In this document: in pieces, positions 28,358-40,600 of the stretch
How the letters are laid out: each line of letters opens with the position of its first letter
How positions within the stretch are numbered: position 1 is the first letter of the stretch
NCBI GenBank assembly: GCA_002269645.1
Contig: NIVC01003643.1
Location: 1-64,000 of the forward strand
DNA length: 64,000 nucleotides
DNA from: Macrostomum lignano
Lineage: Eukaryota
Reading direction: 5' to 3'
The notes under the pieces: generated by a model
The model's input: only the letters and a program-made list of their open reading frames with translations
Database searches by the model: none
Told to the model about the DNA's origin: nothing
Translations under genes and position numbers: made by a program

Positions 28358-31097
28358 ATGCAGTTTGGCATGCCGCTCCGGCAACCTGAGTCGGTCGGCA
28401 TGCCCTCAGTCAGCAGTCGCTCGTCCAATCGACAGGCGCACCAGGGGTCCCGAAACAGATGGACTTCGCGGCTCTGCGGCTGCTTCTCCGCCAACTCGGA
28501 AGCAACTGTCGATGCGCGGACGAATGGTAAGTACATTTATGTCCCTAAAAGCTCACCTTATCGCGGTGTTTAGATAACATTTACAAATGTTTTTGATTAC
28601 ATGTAGTACGTAGCGGTAGCTAGATATCAAAGCGTACAAGTGCCGAAGGCCATTATAATCATCCCTCAGCGATCCTCCTCAACTGCCGTGCTTGTGTATC
28701 AGCACACGTAGGCTGGTTATAGTTCCTCTCCTTTTTATGCCTAACAGCGTGTTTTTAAGCAAACTATAGAGTTTCTCTAGTTTCCCCGTAATCCTCCGTC
28801 TCGTTGATTTCCGCCATTATTTTGGAGCCCTTCAGATCGTGAAGAGGAATCTATAGCGAGTAATAAACATTCGCCAATGCCGTATTTAACCCTTATTATG
28901 CTTTCGATGCCCACGCAGCGAAGCGAAGCGGGCATGCCTTAGACTGGCTGCCCCCGCAGTGAGCTTGATAGTGTTTCTCCCGCGGCCACCCAGCCTGCAG
29001 ATGCTGCCGTGCTTTTCCAGCTGCGTCGAGACAAAAGTACATATCCCGTATGAGGAGATTTGGCTAGAAGATCGGCCTAGCTATGTAGGAATTCCTAGGA
29101 GACATCAAATGCAATGAAGCCCTCCTCGCCTAGCGCCTAATCAACATTCTACTTTTTGCCAATACTTGCTACCAACTGTTCTCTACTTGTCACAGTGTTG
29201 CCTCTGACAATGCAAATTTTTAGGCAGGCCCCTGCTGAACAGGCCTGATCGTCCATTGCAACAGAATTCCGAGCACTTAGAAGAGAATTCAATGCAGAAT
29301 TCAGAGAAAAATCGTCCAGAGCAGCGTCCAGACCAGTGCTCGGAGCAGCATCCAGACCTGTGCTCGGAGCAGCGTCCAGACCAGTGCTCGGAGCAGCATC
29401 CAGACCTGTGCTCGGAGCAGCGTCCAGACCAGTGCTCGGAGCAGCATCCAGACCTGTGCTCGGAGCAGCGTCCAGACCAGTGCTCGGAGCAGCGTCCAGA
29501 CCAGTGCTTGGAGCAGCGTCCAGAGCAGTGCTCGGAGCAGCGTCCAGAGCAGTGCTCGGAGCAGCGTCCAGACCAGTGCTCGGAGCAGCGTCCAGACCAG
29601 TGCTCGGAGCAGCGTCCAGAGCAGTGCTCGGAGCAGCGTCCAGACCAGTGCTCGGAGCAGCGTCCAGACCAGTGCTCGGAGCAGCGTCCAGACCAGTGCT
29701 CGGAGCAGCGTCCAGACCAGTGCTCGGAGCAGCGTCCAGACCAGTGCTCGGAGCAGCGTCCAGAGCAGTGCTCGGAGCAGCGTCCAGACCAGTGCTCGGA
29801 GCAGCGTCCAGAGCAGTGCTCGGAGCAGCGTCCAGACCAGTGCTCGGAGCAGCGTCCAGACCAGTGCTCGGAGCAGCGTCCAGACCAGTGCTCGGAGCAG
29901 CGTCCAGAGCAGTGCTCGGAGCAGCGTTCAGACCAGTGCTCGGAGCAGCGTCCAGACCAGTGCTCGGAGCAGCGTCCAGACCAGTGCTCGGAGCAGCGTC
30001 CAGAGCAGTGCTCGGAGCAGCGTCCAGAGCAGTGCTCGGAGCAGCGTCCAGAGCAGTGCTCGGAGCAGCGTCCAGAGCAGTGCTCGGAGCAGCGTCCAGA
30101 CCAGTGCTCGGAGCAGCGTCCAGAGCAGTGCTCGGAGCAGCGTCCAGACCAGTGCTCGGAGCAGCGTCCAGAGCAGTGCTCGGAGCAGCGTCCAGAGCAG
30201 TGCTCGGAGCAGCGTCCAGAGCAGTGCTCGGAGCAGCGTCCAGAGCAGTGCTCGGAGCAGCGTCCAGAGCAGTGCTCGGAGCAGCGTCCAGAGCAGTGCT
30301 CGGAGCAGCGTCCAGACCAGTGCTCGGAGCAGCGTCCAGAGCAGTGCTCGGAGCAGCGTCCAGACCAGTGCTCGGAGCAGCGTCCAGAGCAGTGCTCGGA
30401 GCAGCGTCTAGAGCGGAATCCAGAAAAGCGTCCAGCTCATTCAATGCAAATTTCGATGCAACATTACCAACCAAAATCACAGCTACATGTTGGCAACTAC
30501 GCCAACTTGTCAGTCAGTCAGAGGGCAAAAAAACCAGGTCACGAATACGTCAACCTGCCGCAGATAGGTCAGCGTGCTCAAGTGGCTGGCCACGTGGAAC
30601 CGTGCTCAGCCTACATGGACATCGATTACTCAACCGGCGTTGGCAGGCCGGCTGCGACCGACTGGCAGAAGCAGCACGCAGCCGTTTTGAGGTGATTTTT
30701 CATAAAATTTCTCGTAGTTTAAAATCATTAGAAATACTCCGAGCTATATATACACCAGAAGCTTAAGCTTAAATTTGTAAAGTCAGACCCGATTATCAAA
30801 TTTAGGTCGATTTCGGCATATCCGTCATGCGATTCGATACCTCATTTGATGGCGGTCTAATCAAGCCTTTACCGCTAAGCTACTCTGCACCCCAACCCCT
30901 AATTAGCAGGTGCTCTGCCAGTTCTTGCCAGCATCAGCAGCAGGGACACCAGCAGCTGGACTATGCTCAGCTTGACAACATTCAAGCTGCATCTTCTAAT
31001 GACACCAAGCCGAAACCAGAAGCCGCGGCAGCAGGGGCTGTTGTCTACTGCGAGATCGACCTGCGAGCTACCGCCGCCCTTGCGGACACGCTTCGAG

Positions 31098-31148
<51 letters not shown>

Positions 31149-31279
31149 CATCAGACAGTCGAGACGCTCCTCAGCGGGCCTCCTCATTCACGCGCATCCG
31201 GTCCACCGTGAGCCGGTCCCTCAGCCGCCTCTCGGCCCGGCGTCAGCTGAGCTCGCCATCTTCGGGAGCGGAAAATTGA
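28358..31279 (+). CDS. Putative phosphotyrosine docking/adaptor protein with FRS2-like C-terminus and coding tandem repeat; join(28358?..28526,29224..30691,30910..31279)
   Basis: Phase-consistent splices (AAT G|gtaagt..ttttag|GC; TTG AG|gtgatt..tagcag|G). Tyr motifs NYANL, EYVNL, AYMDI, LDYAQLD, VVYCEIDLRATAAL (recalled FRS2 tail: LNYIQVD and LYAVIDIERTAAM). No PTB domain found; 5' end uncertain. Confidence 0.6.
29315..30410 (+). repeat. 24-nt minisatellite GAGCAGCGTCCAGA(C/G)CAGTGCTCG, ~45 copies, in frame inside exon 2 of the adaptor gene (EQRP[D/E]QCS)n
   Basis: Directly visible; the frame is open from the acceptor at 29223 to the donor at 30692. Confidence 0.95.
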
Positions 31280-31579
31280 ATTTTAATAAATTATTTCCAA
31301 TGCTTTTCTGCTGTTTCTCTTCACCGAACTTAACCTGCCGTCGAGGCGCGTCCTTTCTCTCTGTATTAACAAAGTCTGTCTGTTGTGTCGCAATGTTTTG
31401 CATTCTCACCTTTTCGTCTCGTTGAGTCATCAGGTCGACCTGACTACCAAGTCCTACTGTACATGTAAGTACATGGATAGACTGAATGTTGTCTGCATTC
31501 GAATAAGAAAATATAGAATCTGTCTTTTGATTATCGCTCAACTTTTCCTGCTTATACATCAGTGCATCAGAGCCTCACA

Positions 31580-32790
31580 TTCATGACAGCACCCCTCACA
31601 TTCATGACAGCACCCCTCAAATCCATGACAGCACCCCTCAAATCCATGACAGCACCCCTCACATCCATGACAGCACCCCTCAAATCCATGACAGCACCCC
31701 TCAAATCCATGACAGCACCCCTCAAATCCATGTTAGCACCCCTCACATCCATGACAGCACCCCTCAAATCCATGACAGCACCCCTCAAATCCATGACAGC
31801 ACCCCTCACATCCATGACAGCACCCCTCAAATCCATGACAGCACCCCTCGCATCCATGACAGCACCCCTCAAATCCATGACAGCACCCCTCGCATCCATG
31901 ACAGCACCTCAGACATCCATGACAGCACCCCTCGCATCCATGACAGCACCTCAGACATCCATGACAGCACCTCAGACATCCATGACAGCACCTCAGACAT
32001 CCATGACAGCACCTCAGACATCCATGACAGCACCTCAGACATCCATGACAGCACCTCAGACATCCATGACAGCACCTCAGACATCCATGACAGCACCTCA
32101 GACATCCATGACAGCACCTCAGACATCCATGACAGCACCCCTCGCATCCATGACAGCACCTCAGACATCCATGACAGCACCCCTCGCATCCATGACAGCA
32201 CCTCAGACATCCATGACAGCACCCCTCACATCCATGACAGCACCTCAGACATCCATGACAGCACCTCAGACATCCATGACAGCACCCCTCACATCCATGA
32301 CAGCACCTCAGACATCCATGACAGCACCCCTCGCATCCATGACAGCACCTCAGACATCCATGACAGCACTCCTCACATCCATGACAGCACCTCAGACATC
32401 CATGACAGCACCCCTCACATCCATGACAGCACCCCTCGCATCCATGACAGCACCTCAGACATCCATGACAGCACCCCTCGCATCCATGACAGCACCCCTC
32501 GCATCCATGACAGCACCTCAGACATCCATGACAGCACCTCAGACATCCATGACAGCACCCCTCGCATCCATGACAGCACCTCAGACATCCATGACAGCAC
32601 TCCTCACATCCATGACAGCACCTCAGACATCCATGACAGCACCCCTCACATCCATGACAGCACCTCAGACATCCATGACAGCACCCCTCGCATCCATGAC
32701 AGCACCTCAGACATCCATGACAGCACTCCTCACATCCATGACAGCACCTCAGACATCCATGACAGCACCTCTGACATCTTTAACAGCACT
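31580..32790. repeat. Minisatellite, 21-nt unit ATCCATGACAGCACC(TCAGAC/CCTCAA/CCTCGC)
   Basis: Directly visible; variant types are polarised along the array. Confidence 0.97.
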
Positions 32791-33769
32791 CCCATCGCCC
32801 CATATAGTGACCAGCCTGACAAAACCACAATATCTCCATGGCACCCATAAAAACTTACCCTGACAACGAATTCTGCCTCATATTTCACTACACCGAGCCA
32901 ACAACGTCCTGTACAATCGCGCAGGGTTACGTGTACTCATTTATATATCTCAAAGCCGCAGAGGCACCTGATTGAATTCTGCAGATCGCAATCTGACTAA
33001 TGCAAAACTTCCTCAGTCACTAAGCAATCAATCACAGCGGTTAGCAACTAAAACTGGAATTTCTATCTATCAGTCCCCGAGCGGCAAGCCGCATTCTTCA
33101 GATAGAATTTCGCCGATCAATTTGAGTACAGAAACAAGTCCCCAGACTCCCCTGTCCCCTGGCAAAAGTGCAGCGGCTTCCCAGCCAAGAAGTAAACAAT
33201 AAATGAGTTAACAAAATAGCGGAAAATTAAGAAAACTTTTTTATTAAATGTGAGAAGCATCTAAAAATCATAAATGTTTGTTCGGTGCGGTGCATTCCAG
33301 CTGTTTCCTGCATGAAAACGGGGGGCATTCAATGGTGACGAGGCGCTTTACAAACGATCGCATACATAGGAGCAACTAAAGGAAATATTTTTGAAACTCT
33401 ATGCTCAAAAGTCGCTACTAACGATTCTCTCATGCGAGTAGTGCAATCAGCGTTTAGCTTAAAATTGAATAACTTGAAAAAAACGATTTTTTGTAAAAAA
33501 AACAAGCAGCACCGTACAAATATGTGAACGCATTAATACGGCTACCACCCACCCCCCACGGAGTTGTTAAAACTTAAATTCATAAAACAAATTCTATAGA
33601 AACAAACTAAAATCAACATCTTTTCTTTAAAAAGACAATTTGACGACGACAAAAACTGTAAAAAACGGTACAAAAATACAGCGACGGCAGCGCACCAACA
33701 CTCTGATGAATTCTGGAACATCTTGCTCTGCTAGCAGAACTTTAGCCTCTTTTTTTCAGCCAGGGGTCC

Positions 33770-34350
33770 GAGGTAACTAATTAGGGTATCGATTTTACCC
33801 AAAGGTAACTAATTAGGGTATCGGTTTTACCCAAAGGTAACTAATTAGGGTATCGATTTTACCCCAAGGTAACTAATTAGACTAATTAGGGTATCGGTTT
33901 TACCCAAAGGTAACTAATTAGGGTATCGATTTTACCCAAAGGTAACTAATTAGGGTATCGATTTTACCCCAAGGTAACTAATTAGGGTATCGATTTTACC
34001 CCAAGGTAACTAATTTGGGTATCGATTTTACCCCAAGGTAACTAATTAGACTAATTAACGTAGCGATTTTACCCAAAGGTAACTAATTAGGGTATCGGTT
34101 TTACCCAAAGGTAACTAATTAGGGTATCGATTTTACCCAAAGGTAACTAATTAGACTAATTAGGGTATCGGTTTTACCCAAAGGTAACTAATTAGGGTAT
34201 CGATTTTACCCAAAGGTAACTAATTAGACTAATTAGGGTATCGGTTTTACCCAAAGGTAACTAATTAGGGTATCGATTTTACCCAAAGGTAACTAATTAG
34301 GGTATAGATATTACCCAAAGGTGACTAATTAGGGTATCTATTTTACCCCA
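33770..34350. repeat. Minisatellite, 32-nt unit GGTAACTAATTAGGGTATCGATTTTACCCAAA with internal palindromes
   Basis: Directly visible; some units carry an extra ACTAATTAG. Confidence 0.95.
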
Positions 34351-34615
34351 AGTTACGAGTAACTATGGTAACCATCTTATCCCAAAGAACCTACGCTTCT
34401 ACAAGTCAGATCAAAAGTAAATAAAAAACTATGGAACAGTTAATTCCCGCTGACTATATGAACTCACTAAAATTCGAAAAGGAAGATGTCACTTTAAACA
34501 CGGAGCTTTCATTGAAATTCAACAAATTCTGCCTTCTGCGGTGAAGCAAGTTAAAAGTAGAAGAAAATTATGGGAAAAAATAGAATTTTTGGTGCAATTT
34601 TTTTTGTGCTTTTAT

Positions 34616-37600
34616 TCACTGCTGCTGCTGCTGATGGTGCCTCCCGTCCGGTGCCTGCTGGGCCTGCAAAGCAAGGCCGCGATGAGGTCGGGGTCTCCCG
34701 GAGCTGGGTAAATACACTGACGCCTTGGCTATGGGCTGCTGGCCGCCTGAACCTCCCTGCAGTTTGTAGGGTAGATTGTGCAGTAGTTTGTGGTGTAGAT
34801 TGTGCAGTAGTTTGTGGTTTAGATTATGCAGTAGTTTGTGGTGTTGATTGTGCAGTAGTTTGTGGTGTAGATTGTGCGGTAGTTTGTGGTGTTGATTGTG
34901 CAGTAGTTTGTGGTGTAGATTATGCAGTAGTTTGTGGTGTAGATTATGCAGTAGTTTGTGGTGTAGATTGTGCAGTAGTTTGTGCTGTATATTGTGCTGT
35001 AGTTTGTAGGGTAGACTGCAGTAGTTTGTGCGACAGATTGTGCAGTAGTTTGTAGGGTAGATTGTGCAGTAGTTTTTGCGACCGATTGTGCAGTAGCTTG
35101 TTGTGCAGTAGTTTGTGGGGTAGATTTGAAATATTTTTTGAGATAGATTGTGAAGTAGTTTGCTTGGTAGCTCATAGATTTGTGTTTTTCTACGGTAGAT
35201 TGTGCAGTATTTTTATTGTAGATTTAGCGGTTATATATTTTATTGTTTTGCAGTTTTTATGATTGTTTCTGTGATTATAGTTTTGGTGCAGTAGATTTTT
35301 TAGCATTTTACTAAAGCTAAGGTAGATGCATGGCAGATTTTAAGTAGTTTGTTGATTATGCGAGGCTTGCATTCTTCAGGCTAAATTTTATTGTGAGCGA
35401 AGGCGCTCTGCACTCACGAGCTGCTGTGGCGAGGCAGTCCTAGGCGAGTTTTCAGCCGATGCGTTTCCGAAACCGACCGGCGGCGGGATGAAGCCTCCAG
35501 CTGCCACCAGGGACGCCGCGTCCGCAGCTGTTGATGCCGACATTCGACCGGACACCGCCGAGCGCGGAGTGACGGGCGGCGGAAGGTCGGAGGGCCGCTG
35601 GTAGCCCTGCCAGCCACCGATCACGGCCGGGCTCAGGTGCTGCGGACTGCGGGTCGGCGGGGGCTTTGGTAGGGGATTCTTGGCCGGGGATTCTCCTGGA
35701 AGGAGATTCTGGAGGGGATTCTCCTGGATGGAGGGGATTCTCCTGGAGGGGATTCTCATGGAGGAGATTCTCCTGAAGGGGATTCTCCTGGAGGAGATTC
35801 TAGAGGGGATTCTCCTGGAGGAGATTCTGGAGGAGATTCTCCTGAAGGGGATTCTCCTGGAGGAGATTCTAGAGGGGATTCTCCTGGAGGAGATTCTGGA
35901 GGAGATTCTCCTGAAAGAGATTCTCCTGGAGGAGATTCTAGAGGGGATTCTCCTGGAGGAGATTCTGGAGGAGATTCTCCTGAAGGGGATTCTCCTGGAG
36001 GAGATTCTAGAGGGGATTCTCCTGGAGGAGATTCTGGAGGGGATTCTCTTGGAGGGGATTCTCCTCGAGGAGGTTCTTCTGGAGGAGATTCTCCTGGAGG
36101 TGGTTCTCCTGAAAAGAATTCTCTTGAGAGGTAATTTTCGGTTGGGGAATTTCCCAGAAGAAAATCCGTTATAGGGGATTGTCAGTTTGAGATTCTCCTA
36201 GAGAGGATACTCGGATGGAGATTCTTTTAGAGGGGATGCTCAGGTAGGACTGAGATAAGGAATTTTTTGGAGTTCTTGGGAATTAATTCTTTGATAAAGT
36301 TTTCTCGCTTGATTTCCTGCTTTATTAAAAATATTACAGATAATAGTAAAATATAGCTTACGGTTGCAGAGGTTGCAGAGGCGCCGTTGAGCTGGAAAAG
36401 CCGTTCTGACCCGGACTGCTGGACAAAGCCGTGGGCAGAGAGGGAGAAGGCGATTGCTGGCGACCTCCGCTGCCTCCACTGCCGCCTCGCTTGCCTTTTG
36501 CTTTTTTCTTCTTCCGAGTTGGCGCCAATGCAGACGGTGGCAGCTGCTGCGCCTGAAGCTGCTGGGGCGGCGGCAGATGCGGCGGCGTCGGCTCCGTGTG
36601 CAGCTGGTGACGCAAAACTGCGGCGCCTCCGCCACCTGAATAATTCAGCGGCATCAGCTGCGGCGGCGGGCCGATGAGACGCTGCTTGTCCGGGGGAGTT
36701 CGCGGAGCTGCATGGAGAGCCGGTTTTTATTAAAGGTGTGAGGGGTTGGCTGGGTGAGGGGTTGGCTGGGTGAGGGGTTGTCTGTGTGAGGGGTTGGCTG
36801 GGTGAGGGGTTGGCTGGGTGAGGGGTTGGCTGGGTGAGGGGCTGGCTGGGTGAGGGGTTGGCTGGGTGAGGGGTTGGCTGGGTGAGGGGTTGGCTGTGTG
36901 AGGGGTTGGCTGGGTGAGGGGCTGGCTGGGTGAGGGGTTGGCTGGGTGAGGGGCTGGCTGTGTGAGGGGTTGGCTGGGTGAGGGGTTGGCTGGGTGAGGG
37001 GTTGGCTGGGTGAGGGGTTGGCTGTGTGAGGGGTTGGCTGGGTGAGGGGCTGGCTGGGTGAGGGGTTGGCTGGGTGAGGGGCTGGCTGTGTGAGGGGTTG
37101 GCTGGGTGAGGGGTTGGCTGGGTGAGGGGTTGGCTGGGTGAGGGGTTGGCTGGGTGAGGGGTTGGCTGGGTGAGGGGCTGGCTGGGTGAGGGGTTGGCTG
37201 GGTGAGGGCTGGCTGTGTGAGGGGTTGGCTGGGTGAGGGGTTGGCTGGGTGAGGGGTTGGCTGGGTGAGGGGTTGGCTGGGTGAGGGGTTGGCTGGGTGA
37301 GGGGTTGGCTGGGTGAGGGGTTGGCTGGGTGAGGGGTTGGCTGGGTGAGGGGTTGGCTGGGTGAGGGGTTGGCTGGGTGAGGGGTTGGCTGGGTGAGGGG
37401 TTGGCTGGGTGAGGGGCTGGCTGGGTGAGGGGTTGGCTGGGTGAGGGGCTGGCTGTGTGAGGGGTTGGCTGGGTGAGGGGTTGGCTGGGTGAGGGGTTGG
37501 CTGGGTGAGGGGTTGGCTGGGTGAGGGGTTGGCTGGGTGAGGGGTTGGCTGGGTGAGGGGTTGGCTGGGTGAGGGGTTGGCTGGGTGAGGGGTTGGCTGG

Positions 37601-40600
37601 GTGAGGGGTTGGTTGGGTGAGGGGTTGGCTGGATGAGGGGCTGGCTGAGTGAAGGGTTGGCTGGGTGAGGGGCTGGCTGGGTGAGGGGCTGGCTGGGTGA
37701 GGGGCTGGCTTGGTGAGGGGTTGGCTGGGTGAGGGGTTGGCTGGGTGAGGGGTTGGCTGGGTGAGGGGTTGGCTGGGTGAGGGGTTGGCTGGGTGAGGGG
37801 TTGGCTGGGTGATAGATTTGACAGGTTTATCAGTTTTTTACTGAATTAGCCATTAATAGTGATAAAGAAGCAAAAAATGGCGTGGAACTAACGATGACCT
37901 CCAGCAATGGAATCTCCGTCGCTGCCAAACTGCGCAGGAGGCGGTGGTGCCGGCGCTGGCAGCTGCGATGACAACGTCACCGGTGGCTGTTGCTGCGAGG
38001 CTTCTGAAGCTGCGTAGCCGCCTCCAGCCGCCGCGACGGCATCCACCGAGCCGTTGTTTTCAGCCATCTGGCGCTGCAGTTTGTAGGGCGGCTGCGACCG
38101 CGTCAGCCGACGATCGGGATGGGGTGGCTGCTGCGGAGACTGCGGAGTTTGCGGCGTCTGCGGCGTTCGGCTCCTCGGCGAAGCCGTCGGCCGCAGGCCG
38201 CCCCTGGCCGCAGTTGGCCGCCTGGACTCTTGAGCCACCGATGATGCCGCGTTGAAATCTTCGCTGTCCATCGTGCGATAGGACTCGAGCAGCTGCAGCT
38301 GCTGCTGCTGGGGCTGGCGATGCTGCTGGGACGGGTCCGGCTCGCGGCGCTCGAATCCGTTTTCTGCGTCACAGGCGTCTGCCGAGTCTTGATGGCCCTC
38401 CCGCTGCTCCTCCTGCTGCTGTTGAACTGGTGCCACGACGCCTCTGAGACGGCGCCGGGTAGACGAAGACGGCGACTTTGACCGGCTGGAGGGGGGTGTC
38501 GCTGGTGGCCTGGGCTGAATGTCCTGCGGGAGTGACAGAGTGACACATTGGCTGAGTGACACATTGGCTGAGTGACACATTGGCTGAGTGACACATTGGC
38601 TGAGTGACACATTGGCTGAGTGACACATTGGCTGAGTGACACATTGGCTGAGTGACACATTGGCTGAGTGACACATTGATAAAGTGGGACCTGAACTAAA
38701 TGAAATTCAGATTAATTCATTCACTCGTAACTGAATGCTCTCATGCTTATAAAAACACTTAAATTTGTTGTTAGGGTGGTTATAAACGTTATAAAAGTAA
38801 AAGGCTAGCTATAAATTAACAAAAAAACAAATCTTTATGAGCATTATGAGCAGTTTGTCTCACTGCCGGGTCGTTCGTGTCAGCTGAGAGTCTTCGGTCT
38901 CCCAGTTGTGCCGGCTGCTCACCGCCAGATTCGTAGCAGGAGGCGTCCAGCGAGACGGTCCTGGTGGAGCAGTGCAGCATCGGCGGCCTTCTGCTGGCGC
39001 CACCTTCAGCCAGCTGTGCGGCCTGAGTCCCCTGATCCGCTTGTTCTTCATCAGAACCGTCATCCTCTTCATCATTGCTTGAGCAGCTGCTTTCGTTCCG
39101 TTGTTGCTGCTGTGGCTGTTGCTGGGGTTGAGTTTGAAGCGTGTTAGAGCTGTGTGTTAGAGCTGTTAGCTGCGCTTGTCAACTACTGTTAGGGTTGGGG
39201 TTGGGGTTAGGGTTGTTTATGGTTAGGGTTAGGGTTAGGGTTAGGGTTAGTGTTAGTGTTAATGCTACAGTGGCATTTGGGTTGCGCTACTAATGAAAAG
39301 TGCATGTACTACTGTACTCGTAAGTACCAAATTGACAGACGCTCGCATCTGATCCTGCAGCGAGTTCTGGCTGGCCAGTTCGAGGTCCTTGCACCGCTGC
39401 CTGTAGTGGCTGGCCAGGATCAGCTTGCAGTAGTTCAGCTGCCGCTGCTTGGCGTAGTCCCACGGGGTGGCGTGGTCCCGGTCCCGCGCCTCCATGTCGG
39501 CTGCGGAGCGGTTCGGGAGACTGATGGAGTGACAGACTGATGGAGTGACAGGCTGATGGAGTGACAGGCTGATGGAGTGACAGACTGATGGAGTGACAGA
39601 CTGATGGAGTGACAGACTGATGGAGTGACAGACTGATGGAGTGACAGGCTGATGGAGTGACAGGCTGATGGAGTGACAGACTGATGGAGTGACAGACTGG
39701 TGGAGTGACAGACTGGTGGAGTGACAGGCTGATGGAGTGACAGGCTAATTGGGTGACAGGCTGATAGAGTGACAGGCTGATGGAGTGACAGGCTGATGTA
39801 GTGACAGGCTGATGGAGTGACAGGCTGATGGAGTGACAGACTGGTGGAGTGACAGACTGATGGAGTGACAGACTGATGGAGTGACAGGCTGATGGAGTGG
39901 CAGGATGATGGAGTGACAGGCTGATGGAGTGACAGACTGATGAAGTGACAGACTGATGGAGTGACAGACTGGTGGAGTGACAGGCTGATGAAGTGACAGG
40001 CTGATAGAGTGACAGGCTGATGGAGTGACAGGCTAATTGGGTGACAGGCTGATAGAGTGACAGGCTGATGGAGTGACAGACTGATTGAGTGACAGGCTGA
40101 TGGAGTGACAGGCTGATAGAGTGACAGGCTGATGGAGTGACAGGCTTATAGAGTGACAGGCTGATGGAGTGACAGGCTGATGGAGTGACAGGCTGATTGG
40201 GTGACAGACTGATGAAGTGACAGGCTCCGAACTCACCACCCTGGTCCAGCAGGAAGTTGAGCACTTCGCCGTGGCCACCGATAGTGGCGAGGTGAACAGC
40301 GGACCGGCTGTCCTGGTCGCGGTAGTCAATGATGGACTTGCCGCCCACCTCCATGATGATCTTGCAGGCCGGGAGCGACCCTGCAAGCGGTTGGTTTGGT
40401 TCCGTGAAAATACGAGCCAATTCGCTTGCTTGCTCGTATTGCTTGCATTCGGTGTCTTCTAAAAGAAAGTGTTTCTTCGAAACAGAAACAGATTCCTCAC
40501 CCTGCTCAGCGGCCACCATCAAGACGTTTTTTCCGCTCATGTCTGTCACGACCGCGTTTTCCTCCGTGATGAGGGTCTGCAATTGAGATGAGCTGCGTTA

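Noticed and set aside
28905-28945. Hairpin ATGCCC..GGGCAT followed by CCTTAG as a Helitron end
   Set aside because: The terminal CTRR is not canonical and there is no supporting element body.
29149-30766. Alternative frames of the 24-nt repeat (LDAAPSTA on -, VLGAASRP on +)
   Set aside because: Only the EQRPDQCS frame links by phase-correct splices to flanking exons and to the Tyr-motif region.
31562-32863. 433-aa mucin-like ORF (SMTAPQT)n
   Set aside because: Pure 21-nt array starting at a GTG, with no signal peptide or linked exons; lies downstream of the adaptor stop.
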